DNA of 59,500 bases, counting the filler, from Circinaria calcarea (Eukaryota), in assembly GCA_051942165.1 (NCBI GenBank). It is 10 parts of 10 records of this genome, joined end to end, with 100 filler letters (N's around TTAATTAATTAA, not from the genome) between each part and the next. Parts side by side here need not be neighbours in the genome. Positions count along the whole stretch, not along the records: positions 5,974 to 11,844 come from JAVECS010001761.1; positions 11,945 to 17,812 come from JAVECS010001762.1; positions 17,913 to 23,777 come from JAVECS010001763.1; 7 more parts are not named here. One strand, written 5' to 3'. A program made the position numbers and the translations under genes. The notes below the pieces were generated by a model. That model saw nothing but the letters and a program-made list of their open reading frames with translations. It was not told the origin of the DNA and did not search any database. Numbering within the stretch: the stretch's first letter is position 1; each line of letters begins with the position of its first letter. Shown here piece after piece: positions 11,006-21,339 of the stretch.

Positions 11006-11844
11006 CAGCATGGAGCACACTGGTAACGCGCGCTAGCGCGCAATGCCCTGAAACGAATTTTATTTAATATAATATATTATATAGCACTTAATAGAACATG
11101 CGATATAGTATTTAGAATAGCATTTAATATAGCACCCAGTATAGCACCTAGTATAGCACCCAGTATAATACCCAGCATAGCACCCAGCATAGCACGCTGC
11201 AGAGCACGTTATATAGTATAGTAATAATATAGCATAATATAGTAATAGCATGCTGCATATTATGGGGAAATCACGCCGTATAGCATGGAAAGAGCACGCC
11301 GTATAGCATGGAAAGAGCACGCCGTATAGCATGGAAAGAGCACGTAATATAACATAGCAATAGCACGCGGCATAATATAAAATATTTATTAAACGTCAGG
11401 GTTAGGTGGGCCTAAGCGGCCCACCTAACCCTAACGGGCTGCGGGTATAAAATAATATAAGCATGAAATATGGTATGAAACGGAGTATAATATGAAGCAT
11501 AGTATGGAGTATAGCATGGAGTATAGCATGGAGCATAGCATGGAGCATAGCATGGAGTATAGCATGGAGTATAGCATGGAGCATAGCATGGAGCATAGCA
11601 TGGAGCATAGCATGGAGCATAGTATGGAGCATAGCATGGAGCATAGTATAGCATGGAGCATAGCATGGAGCATAGTATAGCGAAAGCACGTAGTATAGCA
11701 TAGAAAGAGCACGCAGCACAGCATAGATCATAATATAGTATAAACACGCGGTATAGAATAGCGAAAGCACGTAGCATAGCATAGAAAGAGCATGCAGCAT
11801 AGTATAGAAAGAGTAAATAATATAGCATAGAAAGAGCATATAGT
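11006..11844. repeat. Degenerate minisatellite region: 12-bp TAGCATGGAGCA and TAGCACCCAGTA units, a 23-bp unit x3, and a central hairpin
   Basis: 12-bp arrays at ~11130-11195 and ~11500-11675; 23-bp CACGCCGTATAGCATGGAAAGAG at 11272, 11295 and 11318. Unit variants differ mostly by C>T and G>A. Confidence 0.9.
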
Positions 11845-11944
11845 NNNNNNNNNNNNNNNNNNNNNNNNNNNNNNNNNNNNNNNNNNNNTTAATTAATTAA
11901 NNNNNNNNNNNNNNNNNNNNNNNNNNNNNNNNNNNNNNNNNNNN
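11845..11944. other. Artificial contig spacer 2
   Basis: N44-TTAATTAATTAA-N44. Confidence 0.99.
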
Positions 11945-12330
11945 GATGGAGATGTTCTACAGGGTTCCTGTGTGATGAAGGGGATAGATATAGAGGTATA
12001 CGGGCCGGAGGGGAGGGGCTTACATAGGTGATTGCTCCCGTGGGGACGTTTAGTGGATGTATTAGACTCAAATTGTCTTTCTCTCTCTCTCTCTGCTTGC
12101 GGAGTGAAAGTTGGTTCCGAAGTGTTACGCTGCAAAAACGTGCGTTAATGGGCTTCCTGTTTGTGCGAGATGCATGCTGTTATGGTACAAAATCGAGGGT
12201 TCCTCTGAAATGTTACGGGTCCCTCAACATGCTGACTTCCAACATGTTGACCGCCTCCGAAGCCTTCAAGCTCTCACCATCCATCCGCGTTGAACCGTCT
12301 CTGCTCAGGGTTGATCAGATGGTCTGTACC

Positions 12331-13034
12331 CTAAGATGCCTGGTTGGCCCTCATATGGGCGTAGACGTCAACCTCACTTCGAAACCCTGGAGCGCATTCA
12401 CAAGATCAGCAGAGATGCCTCCCACACGCTCCGCATTGGACATGATTATACCCCTCGATTTTTTTCAATGCTGGCACGGCATGCAGGGCAGTTCCGGACG
12501 CCGTTCTCGGCTTTCCATTGAGTAAAGGCCACGGTCCATCCGGAGATGGAGTCTCGGTACTGAGCAGGTCAGTTCGGGATAGTTAACAGAGCTGCATGCT
12601 GTGCAGATCACTGCGGCGCAGACGGGACAGCTTTGGACCTTTCCTTCCGTTGAGACGCGGAATATTCCGTTACAGTCTGGGGTTGGGCAGCACTGGAGCT
12701 CGTCTGAGTGCGATCTTACATACGCGGAAAGAGCGCGGTTGAAAACATCCTCGAGCTAGTCTCGTTCGAGAACGGCCTGGACGTCTTTGACTTTGAGCTT
12801 ATGGGTACAGCGACCCATATCCCCAGGACATTTGAATGGTGGTGTCGTCAGCAGGCACTGGTTAACGAGACAATCCTTGCAGTAGCAATGCCCGCAGGAG
12901 GTCTGACAGGGATCTTCTGCATCGTACATACACACAACACATGGTTGCTGCTGAGGGTTTGTAGGAAAGTGTACCCAAGTAGGCCCAGTTGCATCACGGG
13001 ATTCGTCGAGGTCAGCGTTCAAAGTAACCATCAA
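12331..13034 (-). pseudogene. RBR (RING1-IBR-RING2, Ariadne-like) E3 ubiquitin ligase pseudogene
   Basis: RING1 CVVC..CGHCYCKDC..CP, then an in-frame TAG at 12756-12758, IBR CPTPDC..CPVC..ICTAC, a frameshift, RING2 CPAC..IEK, a second frameshift in an A7 run, then EGYNHVQCGACGRHLC*SC. Confidence 0.85.
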
Positions 13035-14560
13035 AGTCTTGCTTGGGTCGTTCTCTGTAGAGCTGTGTAAGTTATTACTCTACTGATGTCAATATCCTTT
13101 TCTTTGACAAACAACTGACTACCGGTGTAGCTATAAACACCGCAGATTGCAGACATAGAAAAACAAAATCATCCAAGGAAAACCTCCTCTATATATATAA
13201 GAATCCCAATCGTGATTCATTTTGAATGGTAGCTCTGAGAAAACAGCGCAATAAACTTTCAAGAGGCAAACATATATATATATCTTTCCCTCTCCCTCCA
13301 ATATTTACCAAGCACCTCCATGCTAAGAGTGATTTTGGAGCAAAGACTTTATCTCTATAAATGCAGCTCAACAGATACGTATGAAAGATAATTGCGGCTT
13401 AATCGCAGTGGAAATATACCTGAGATCCATACGTGCCTGAAAGTTCAGAGTAGCCAAGATTTGTTGGGGTCATTAGGAGAAGTATCAAACTCCCACAATG
13501 TTGGCCAAGCTACAGCCGATTGGATCCAAGAGATCATGGGATAAGTGTCAAACGAACGGGGAACGATGCAACTGTGATTTTCCGCAATCAAGGTCTACTG
13601 TCTCTGCCATCAGATAGGAGAACGAGTCAGGTTTCGCGCAGGGAGGCCGAGATCGGTATTACCGACAGGTCTTCAATAGCTTCTGCGAGTGTTTCCAGCT
13701 GTACTAAGCAGAGAAGTTGCCCACATTGAAGCTTAAGCTTCCCGAAGAATTTGTATATTGCCGGGTGTCCACGGCCCGAGGTCCAGGATATTGATTCTAG
13801 CCACATCTAGCTCCCAGGGTTTCGACAACATGGTACCACTTATCTAAGTTCCCGGGCTTCACAGCTATCTCTATGCACCTATCTGAACCTCATTGTTCAG
13901 GGAAGAGTAGCAGCGTATCACTCCGTTGCTGTAACCTTAGAAGTACAAACTACTTCGATGTCTACAACATGACTACTCCAACCCTCCATCCGTTTGGGTC
14001 CGAGCTGATCATGGATAGTGGGCTGCTCCAACAACAACCATATATGTATCTAGAGAAGGCGCTAGACAATGATTCTACGGTATGACAAGGACGAGCGAAA
14101 GGTTTTAAGATCTCGTCAAGGAAAGATGCCAAGATTGCTAGCCCCCATAGCTCTTATTGGTAGCTTGATTGCGTGGAGGCCAACGCAACACTACCACTAT
14201 GCAGCACCGAGGCAGGATACCTGAGGATCAGTAGATCCCCGTTAGCCATCTATGCAGTCAGTACCTTAGATGCTAAGTGGCGTATATCTCTCGCTAAACC
14301 GCAAAAAAGGGTCCATTGTGTTGTACATAAAGATTTTCGGCTGATCGAAGACGGAAGTATAGGTACTGTATTACCTTAAACGGATAATACTTTTGCTAGC
14401 TGCTGCTTTCGGAAAACGACAGGTTCTATTCCTATAGGATAAAACGAACAGCGAGAATTATTTGCCATGTGATGCTAATAGATTTGCTGTCCCAAACTAG
14501 AAGTATAGGATAATGCTATGATAGTCCAAATATCAGACCCGAGCTTTGTATATGAGAGTA

Positions 14561-15562
14561 CTATAGCTTAGCACTTCTTCGTAGGCTATCCAGACCTATT
14601 TCTGTTGTGCATAATAACATTGTATCTCTTAGAGCCTGCTTTCTCGTTATTCGGAGGTCAGTAATAGTAGTGGAGCATTGAACTCACAGCTAATCTATAC
14701 TGGGAATTGATCTCTTGATAGTCTTTCCCAGCCAACATGTTGCAGAAGGCCGTTATACTGTTGAAACCCTCGTTAGGCGTACCCTGCATAAGACACGACC
14801 AAAGGAGGCACAAGAAAGCCACTACCAACCTTGGATAGTGCACAATACTAATCTCATTCCACCACTCCTCTTCCGCCTTCGCCGAATCTCCCCTGGAATC
14901 CGTCTGTCCCTGCGGAGGCTTGACCACATTCCCTACCAACTTCGCTTCACCACCTCTAAGTCCCGCAACCTTGACAAAAGCCTAAAATACTAATAAGCTA
15001 TCCCGCAGGCCAACAACTACACGAATATCAAAACAAAAAGAAGTAGTCATACCTGCCCATACCGGTAATACGCCCCCTTCCCCTCCCTCTTAAAATTCAG
15101 CAGATTCAGCATCGTCACCGGCTTCTCCCCATATTCCGCCGTCAACTCATCCATAAACCGCAGCAAATCAGGCGACAGCTCCAAATTCTGCGCGCTATCC
15201 TTAACGCGCTCTTGAGCCTTTTCCAAGGCACCAGTGAGCTTTACATTGGGCGCTTCAGCGAGTAATTTCGCATTGCGGGACGGGTAAGTCGAGAGAAGTC
15301 TCGAAGGGATCCCGGCTGTAACTGTGTATTCTGCGGCGATTAGGTACTGTACGGAGATGGGGATGGGCCCGTGGAGCAGGAGGAGTAGATCCCAGGGTGT
15401 GGCTGTGAGGATGGAGACATCGATTTTGGAGGGGCGGATCACAGAGTAGCGGGGTTCGGAGGCGAGGACAAGGAAATCGGGGATGGAGGAGAGGGTACGG
15501 AGGAGGGATGCTTTGTCTGGGGGGTTGTGGAGGCGGAGGAGGGAGAGGGTTAGGAGAGGCAT
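14561..15562 (-). CDS. DUF1330-like (dimeric alpha/beta barrel) protein with C-terminal PTS1 (-AKL), 4 exons
   Basis: PVTMLNLLNF..AYYRYGQ|AFVKVAGLRGGEAKLVGNV..WWNEISIVHYPS..FCNMLAGKDYQEIN..RLA|ALRDTMLLCTTEI..RRSAKL*; GT-AG introns. Confidence 0.75.
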
Positions 15563-16849
15563 TATTCGTAAAGCGGGTTGCTTGGGGTTAATAGTCACTT
15601 ATAAGTATAGATAAAGACAATCTACGGAGTTAGGCACCAAACTATTCCATAATAATTAGACAAGGGCAGTATCATTAGTCGTATATGCTAGAAATACTCC
15701 GCTTTGGTCATGCCGAGGCAAGTGCATTTAAGGTTTAGAACTCGCCTAGGTAGCTATGGTAATGCACAATACCCTAAATGCTTAGGGCCCAATAATGGAA
15801 TACTCTTTTATAAGTAGGTGATTACGAAGAGTGTAAAGGATAGAGATTGGAAGATACAAAGAATTATCGTGAATAACATTTTGCAAAGCACATGTCTTTT
15901 AAACACGTAGGCCAATGGCAAGAAGCTAATCCAGGCTGTCATTTAGATGCTACTTACCCATTATCTGTCGAGACCAACAGATACACAAGGCTCATATATA
16001 CAAATAGCTCCCTTCATCTCCGCCATTTCTGAGTCGATATGCGTATTCAATCAGGAAACATCCTTTGTCCCTGGTCCAGTGGAACGTATGGTTAATATTA
16101 ACTTTCAACATAACCGCACCGACTTACTACTGTTGAGGTAATTTCAGACAGCTTGCAAAGCAATCCGGACGGGTACCAGGGCTCCAATATATATTAAAAG
16201 CTTTAATTAGGTGAAGTAAATAAAACAAGAACTCACTAAAAGCGCGCTAAAGGACGGGTACCGGTGCGTTCCGGCCGAGATCTACCCTTATCCGTGGCTC
16301 TAGTTTTAGCCCGTGTTAGTGCCATTTGACGTTCAACTTTAATAGTGGAGTATTCAAGACCCTTAATAAACATTATCCTACCACTGGATATAAAGCTCTA
16401 GCGACCATCTGATATAGTCTGAACCCCGCCTTATGTACATGAATGGCCTCACCAGGTCATATTCCTTAAGTCATTCCTAATTCATCAAGCCTTCCAGCTT
16501 GTTGTGCTCTACGATGCTTTCCTGGTCTATGTTAGTTTGCTGTCTTTTTACTGCTATCTATTCTGCTTTAAGGCAGGGAACATCTGGTGTCCTTTTGATA
16601 TAAGCACTTTTAAAAGCCTTGAGTCAGTTTTGCGGAGCTTTCTTCCTCTCCTTTTTCCGCCATTTTGACTTTCTTCAATAACGCACCACTGGCCTAGTCA
16701 TTGTATGCTCTTCAAGATAGACTATATCGTAGTAATGGAAGCTACACCGAACCGCAAAATATCTATCCACCATCTTTGCAGTGCGTTACTACCCTGTTTT
16801 TGGTATAAGTATACGGTAAGGACCTACACCATATAGCCACGGCTAAATG

Positions 16850-16857
16850 TATAAAAG
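16850..16857 (+). promoter_or_regulatory. Probable TATA box of the aspartic protease gene
   Basis: TATAAAAG 139 nt upstream of ATG 16989. Confidence 0.5.
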
Positions 16858-16988
16858 GACCATCATGTCCTATCTTCTTTCAAGTAGTACTCTCACTAAT
16901 TTCAGCATTTTACATCAGCAGTTGCCCAAGGTCCACAAGGAAGCATTATCCAAGCTACGAGAAGAGCATCCTTGGGTTTTCCATCACC

Positions 16989-17812
16989 ATGCCTTCGATT
17001 TACCAGTTAGCCATGGCTTCGATCCTTGTTGCACTTGGAGTGGCTGCCCCCCTGCTAGACCACCGACAGCAGACGAATCGTCGAGACGACATTGGCAACG
17101 CTGGCCTTGGCAATAACGGTTATAACAACACTGGTAACAACAATAACGGCTATAACAACATTGGTAACAACAATAACGGTAACAATAACATGGGGAATGG
17201 CAACAACGGTAACTTTAATGTTGGTAATGGCCAAAATGGAAACAGGAATGGCATAAAAGGCATTAGCAAAGGCATCAAAAATGGCTTCAATGTCCGTCAG
17301 CAACACAATCCGAAATTCGTCAGGAACGGTGCTTGGGCCTACGCAATGGTCTTAGCAAAGCATAAAGCACCGGCTACCAAGATAGCAGCCGTTTCCGCCG
17401 CTGCTTCAACCGGGAGCATGGGGGTTTCAAAAGGGAGCGTTGCGGCCAAGCCGCAACCTTATGACTCTGAATACCTTTCCCCAGTTACCATTGGAAACCA
17501 AAACTTTACCATGAACTTTGACACCGGGTCATCGGATTTGTAGGTTTTACTTTTCTTTCCATCCAAAATTCCGCTGACAATTTTTAGATGGGTTTTGGGC
17601 GCAAGTCTTTCGGGGTCTGGAGGCTCCCACACTTATTATATGCCGAGTAGCACTGCTACAACCCTCTCCGGCTACACTTGGTCCATTAGATACGGGGACG
17701 GCTCCAATGCAAGCGGCAATGTCTACTCAGATGGAGTCAGGGTAGGTGGGACGATGGTAAAAAATCAAGCCGTTGAGTCTGCGACTCAAGCGAGTTCGGG
17801 ATTCATACGCGG
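16989..17812 (+). CDS. Secreted pepsin-family (A1, aspergillopepsin/endothiapepsin-like) aspartic protease with an Asn/Gly repeat insert; 3' truncated
   Basis: Signal peptide, YDSEYLSPVTIG..MNFDTGSSDL|WV (intron 17540-17587), WSIRYGDGSNASG, NQAVESA. Confidence 0.92.
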
Positions 17813-17912
17813 NNNNNNNNNNNNNNNNNNNNNNNNNNNNNNNNNNNNNNNNNNNNTTAATTAATTAANNNNNNNNNNNNNNNNNNNNNNNNNNNNNNNN
17901 NNNNNNNNNNNN
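17813..17912. other. Artificial contig spacer 3
   Basis: N44-TTAATTAATTAA-N44. Confidence 0.99.
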
Positions 17913-18507
17913 CACTTAAATAAAAAAAAAAAAGGTAGCCACGAGCCACTGTATTTAATACGCACTAATTAAAGCTTTCGGGTTGCCAGCTTTTCGGTCA
18001 AGCGCGTGGGGGCCCCCTTAACCAACCCGACACACTAACCTACTTTACGCCCATGAAATGGATACCTCTTTGATAACCAAAGCACTCCACTCTATATATA
18101 GAGTATAGGACTAGTAGGATCACATTTGCAAAGCACATACGGGAAACCTTTTGAAGAAGAATGACTCGATCAGAGAGAAAGCCCTTGCATCTCGATCAAC
18201 TAGAAAACCGTTCTGATTGACGAGTGTATTTCCAGATCGATAGTCGACATTTAACCAAATTTGATAATCTCGTAATAATAGAACGGGAAAACCATAATGC
18301 TATCGTAATGAAAATGCACAAGCTAAAAGGGTGAAGATGCGACTTCTTTCCGCATGGCACAGCTCTCCAGAGAGTGCCTGGCAGAATACAAATATAAGCA
18401 GAACTTGGTGGATAGGGTTTGGTGGACAGAGTGTGGAACTGTAAGATTTCTAGCAGTCATTTTACAGCTTGTGATATTATATACATAAACCTACTAGATC
18501 CTAGTTC

Positions 18508-20277
18508 TCATCCCGCCTGCATTTCATAAATCGAACCCCGTTGCCCGGTGTCGAGTTCATGTTCAGCCACAGTTCCCTCTAATTCCCTGCTAGACTCCCT
18601 GCATTCCAATTCTGGCTTTCTCCTCTCCACCTGCCAGTTCGCCAGTTCAGGGGTTGGGTACTCCTCCCCGTGTAACTCACTGACTGCGGCTTTCTCTGCC
18701 GCTGGCAGTTCTGCTTTATGCCCCAAAGGAGAGAATGCGGGGGAAGATGCCCGTTCGTTAGGTTTGCGTTTGTGACGGTAGAGGTAGTATAAGCCGGAGA
18801 ATAGCATTAGCAGAATGATTAAGACGGCGATAGTGATGCCTGCTATGGTACCGGGTGAGAACTTGCGAGGTGGAGGAGGTGACGGGATAGGGATAAGGCT
18901 GGTGGAGGGTGTATTTGCTGATGCAGGGGGGATAGTACGGAGGTCTTGTGTGGAGGAGTCCGGAAAAATCGTTTGGTGGACAGAGAAAGTGGAGCGCTCG
19001 TAGTCTGCGATCAGGTAGGCTTGTTGCAAGAATGTCCTTCCTAGGGTGTATTGTGTAGCATTGGTGGCTCGGCGGAGAGGAAAATATCTGGTCATGTTTG
19101 TGACGTTAGGATAATTGGTGGTGAGTTGCAAATCGAAAGCTGAGTAGGGTAGATTAATTGTGACAGTCGACTTGGTTGGATCGGTAAGATCACTGCCGAT
19201 TAGAAATTCAAGACTGGCGTTTCGGGATATAAGAGCCTCATGTGCGGTGTCCGTCATAAGATAAAGATTCAATGTCGAGTTCCACGTTAAGTTGAAGGCT
19301 CTCTCAAATGCCTGGCAGGCGTCGAGGGGAAGCCAAATATGTGGGACGCCGGCATCTATAAAAGAAAGAATGGGGGTAGGCAGTAAGCCAGTGGGCGTTT
19401 CTCCGGTTGTAATTGAGTATAATCCTACTACAAGGTCTCTTGATGTATCGGCCGCAAATGGAAAAGTGATATTGTGTGGCACAAATCGAGAAGCATCATA
19501 TCCTCCAAAAGTTAAGCTTCCTACGCCCTGCTTGTTTACTAGTTATGATCAGCCTGGACCACAACTTGTTCGAAGGGAGGTGTACTTTGATTTTGGTAAT
19601 AAGCGCCAGCTGTATATCCCCAAGAAAGACTGGGTATAAATCTTTCCGCTTTCATGTTCGATACCAGATCCGTAATATGGTTATTCAGGTCTGTGAGATT
19701 CGTGGCGGCCGGGCGAATGCCCCAGGTAGGGATATAGAACTCTTTTGCTGCAACACCGGCAACAATCTGACGAGTCAACGACGGTGCGGCAGATCCAGGC
19801 AGTCCTAGTGTGATACTATCTAGCCCAAAATCCCCGTTTTCATATATTCCTAGGTTCTGCTCAAACTGCAGCGTGAAAAGCCCTTGCTCTTGCCATGTAC
19901 TGGAAGCATTCGGTCTGAAGAGACCACCCCTTGATTGGGGACAACTGATAGGATCCTCTGGCGTACAGCCTGCAGGCAGTACTACCCATGGCTGTACAGC
20001 GGTAGTCGAAATCAGTACGTGCGAGTACTGAGGCGGGGTCCCAATCCCGACGAAAAAGGTGCTCCATGGGCCATCGTTTCCGTGCCTAAAGGCAAAGAGG
20101 ACAGACTCAGTAAGGCCAGAACAATCGGGAGAATCAAACTAAACAAGGATGTACTCACCACCCTTGACTTGGGACGATGGAGAGAGGAGTAGGTTCTGCA
20201 TCTCGCTGTCGAAAGTTACTGTTGTAGGCTCTATGTTTGACAGGTTTGCTTCGCCATAAGTATTTTGGTGACTCCAT
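18508..20277 (-). CDS. Single-pass membrane pepsin-like (A1) protein with a degenerate first catalytic motif; 3 predicted exons, start uncertain
   Basis: GNDGPWSTFFVGIGTPPQ..VLISTT..SRGGLF..SSTW..IPSLSWGYTAGA..GSLTFGGYDASRF..FIDAGVPHIWLP..LGRTFLQQAYLIADYE, then TM (IAGITIAVLIILLMLFSGLYYLY), RHKRK and a ~90-aa tail. Confidence 0.85.
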
Positions 20278-20756
20278 CACTGATTCCGAAAATAATCATT
20301 CTTAAAACGTTCTGCTGCCTCATAGAATAAATATTGTCGTTAACTCGAGCAGGAGGCAGTATTTCAGCTCAAAACATTTACGACGATAATATAAATAAGG
20401 AGGACCATTATTGTTCTGGGAATCTACAACGTGCCACCCCCCATTTCAGAGGTGGCTGGTTCCAGACTCCTTGTTCTGCTGGGGGGGCCGCATTTGCATC
20501 CATCTAGGCCTGGGGAGTTGGACCTGCTGTGCCCTTTTGCTGCATTTAACGGCTGAGATTCCAATTTCCTGCAGATACTCAGGTGCACCTGCATCCTGGG
20601 AACTCGGCGGTTAGGGCTTTTAGCAAAATTCTGTAAGAGGTTTGTTATGTAGGGGGAGCATGGCACCGATACCTTAAGCCTGATATGGTAAGGACCAGAT
20701 GGCAGGCCTACCTTAATCCATGCTCTGGTATTGGTCAGAAAAGGTCTATTAATATA

Positions 20757-20792
20757 ACATAGCTCCGTTGTGGAAGTACAACGGAGCTACGT
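20757..20792. repeat. 36-bp inverted repeat (12-bp perfect stem, 6-nt loop); possible TIR-only MITE remnant
   Basis: ACATAGCTCCGTTGT-GGAAGT-ACAACGGAGCTACGT; the left end is shared with 51392-51410. Confidence 0.6.
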
Positions 20793-21339
20793 AAAGCTAA
20801 GCCCGCGGCTCTTTCCATGCAGGGTATGTATTGGCTGCGGCCAAAGTTATCCCGCGCCTAGGGTCAGATTATACTAACATGACAAGTTTTGCTAAAGCCC
20901 CAAATATTTACCTTATTGCGGTCCATTATCATTGCCTCAGCCTGCACGAGCCCTACCTATCCCCACCAACCATAAACGCTCTCTTGCCGCCGGGATGCGG
21001 TAAACAAGGCGTAACCTGGTGTACAATGCCGAAAGATGTGGAGCACGATATGGGCATAGCCCCCGGTGCTCCTTCAGAGATGATCAAGCTAAAACAGTAT
21101 GTACTGTGGAATATATTACTCTCACGTCGGATTGTCGAATGTTAAACTGGCACTTTCCACCCGTTCGAAAGCAAGATTAATTCGGATATAACATATTGAT
21201 TCTAACTCTGTTAGGCCTCTTGTTAGTTGGAAAACGCATTGGCGGCTTCTTTGATATACGTAGAGCGCGCAGGAAAGCCCTCCTTCTTTCATACATTTTA
21301 TGCTACTTTGCAAATGCTCCTCGTTCTCGTTCATGCAAT

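Noticed and set aside
11060..11839. ORFs with MLHA / YAPC / MLCS / MEHS repeats
   Set aside because: Translations of a 12-bp minisatellite that is open in several frames; no coding evidence.
17913..18040. A-tract plus CCACTG|TA and a TCGGGTTG..CAACCCGA stem: possible mariner end or Pol III RNA
   Set aside because: At a contig edge with no partner TIR, and no recognisable tRNA, 5S, U6 or SRP motifs.
16989..20277. Apparent convergent pair of aspartic protease genes
   Set aside because: They are separated by a spacer and lie on different contigs; the adjacency is coincidental.
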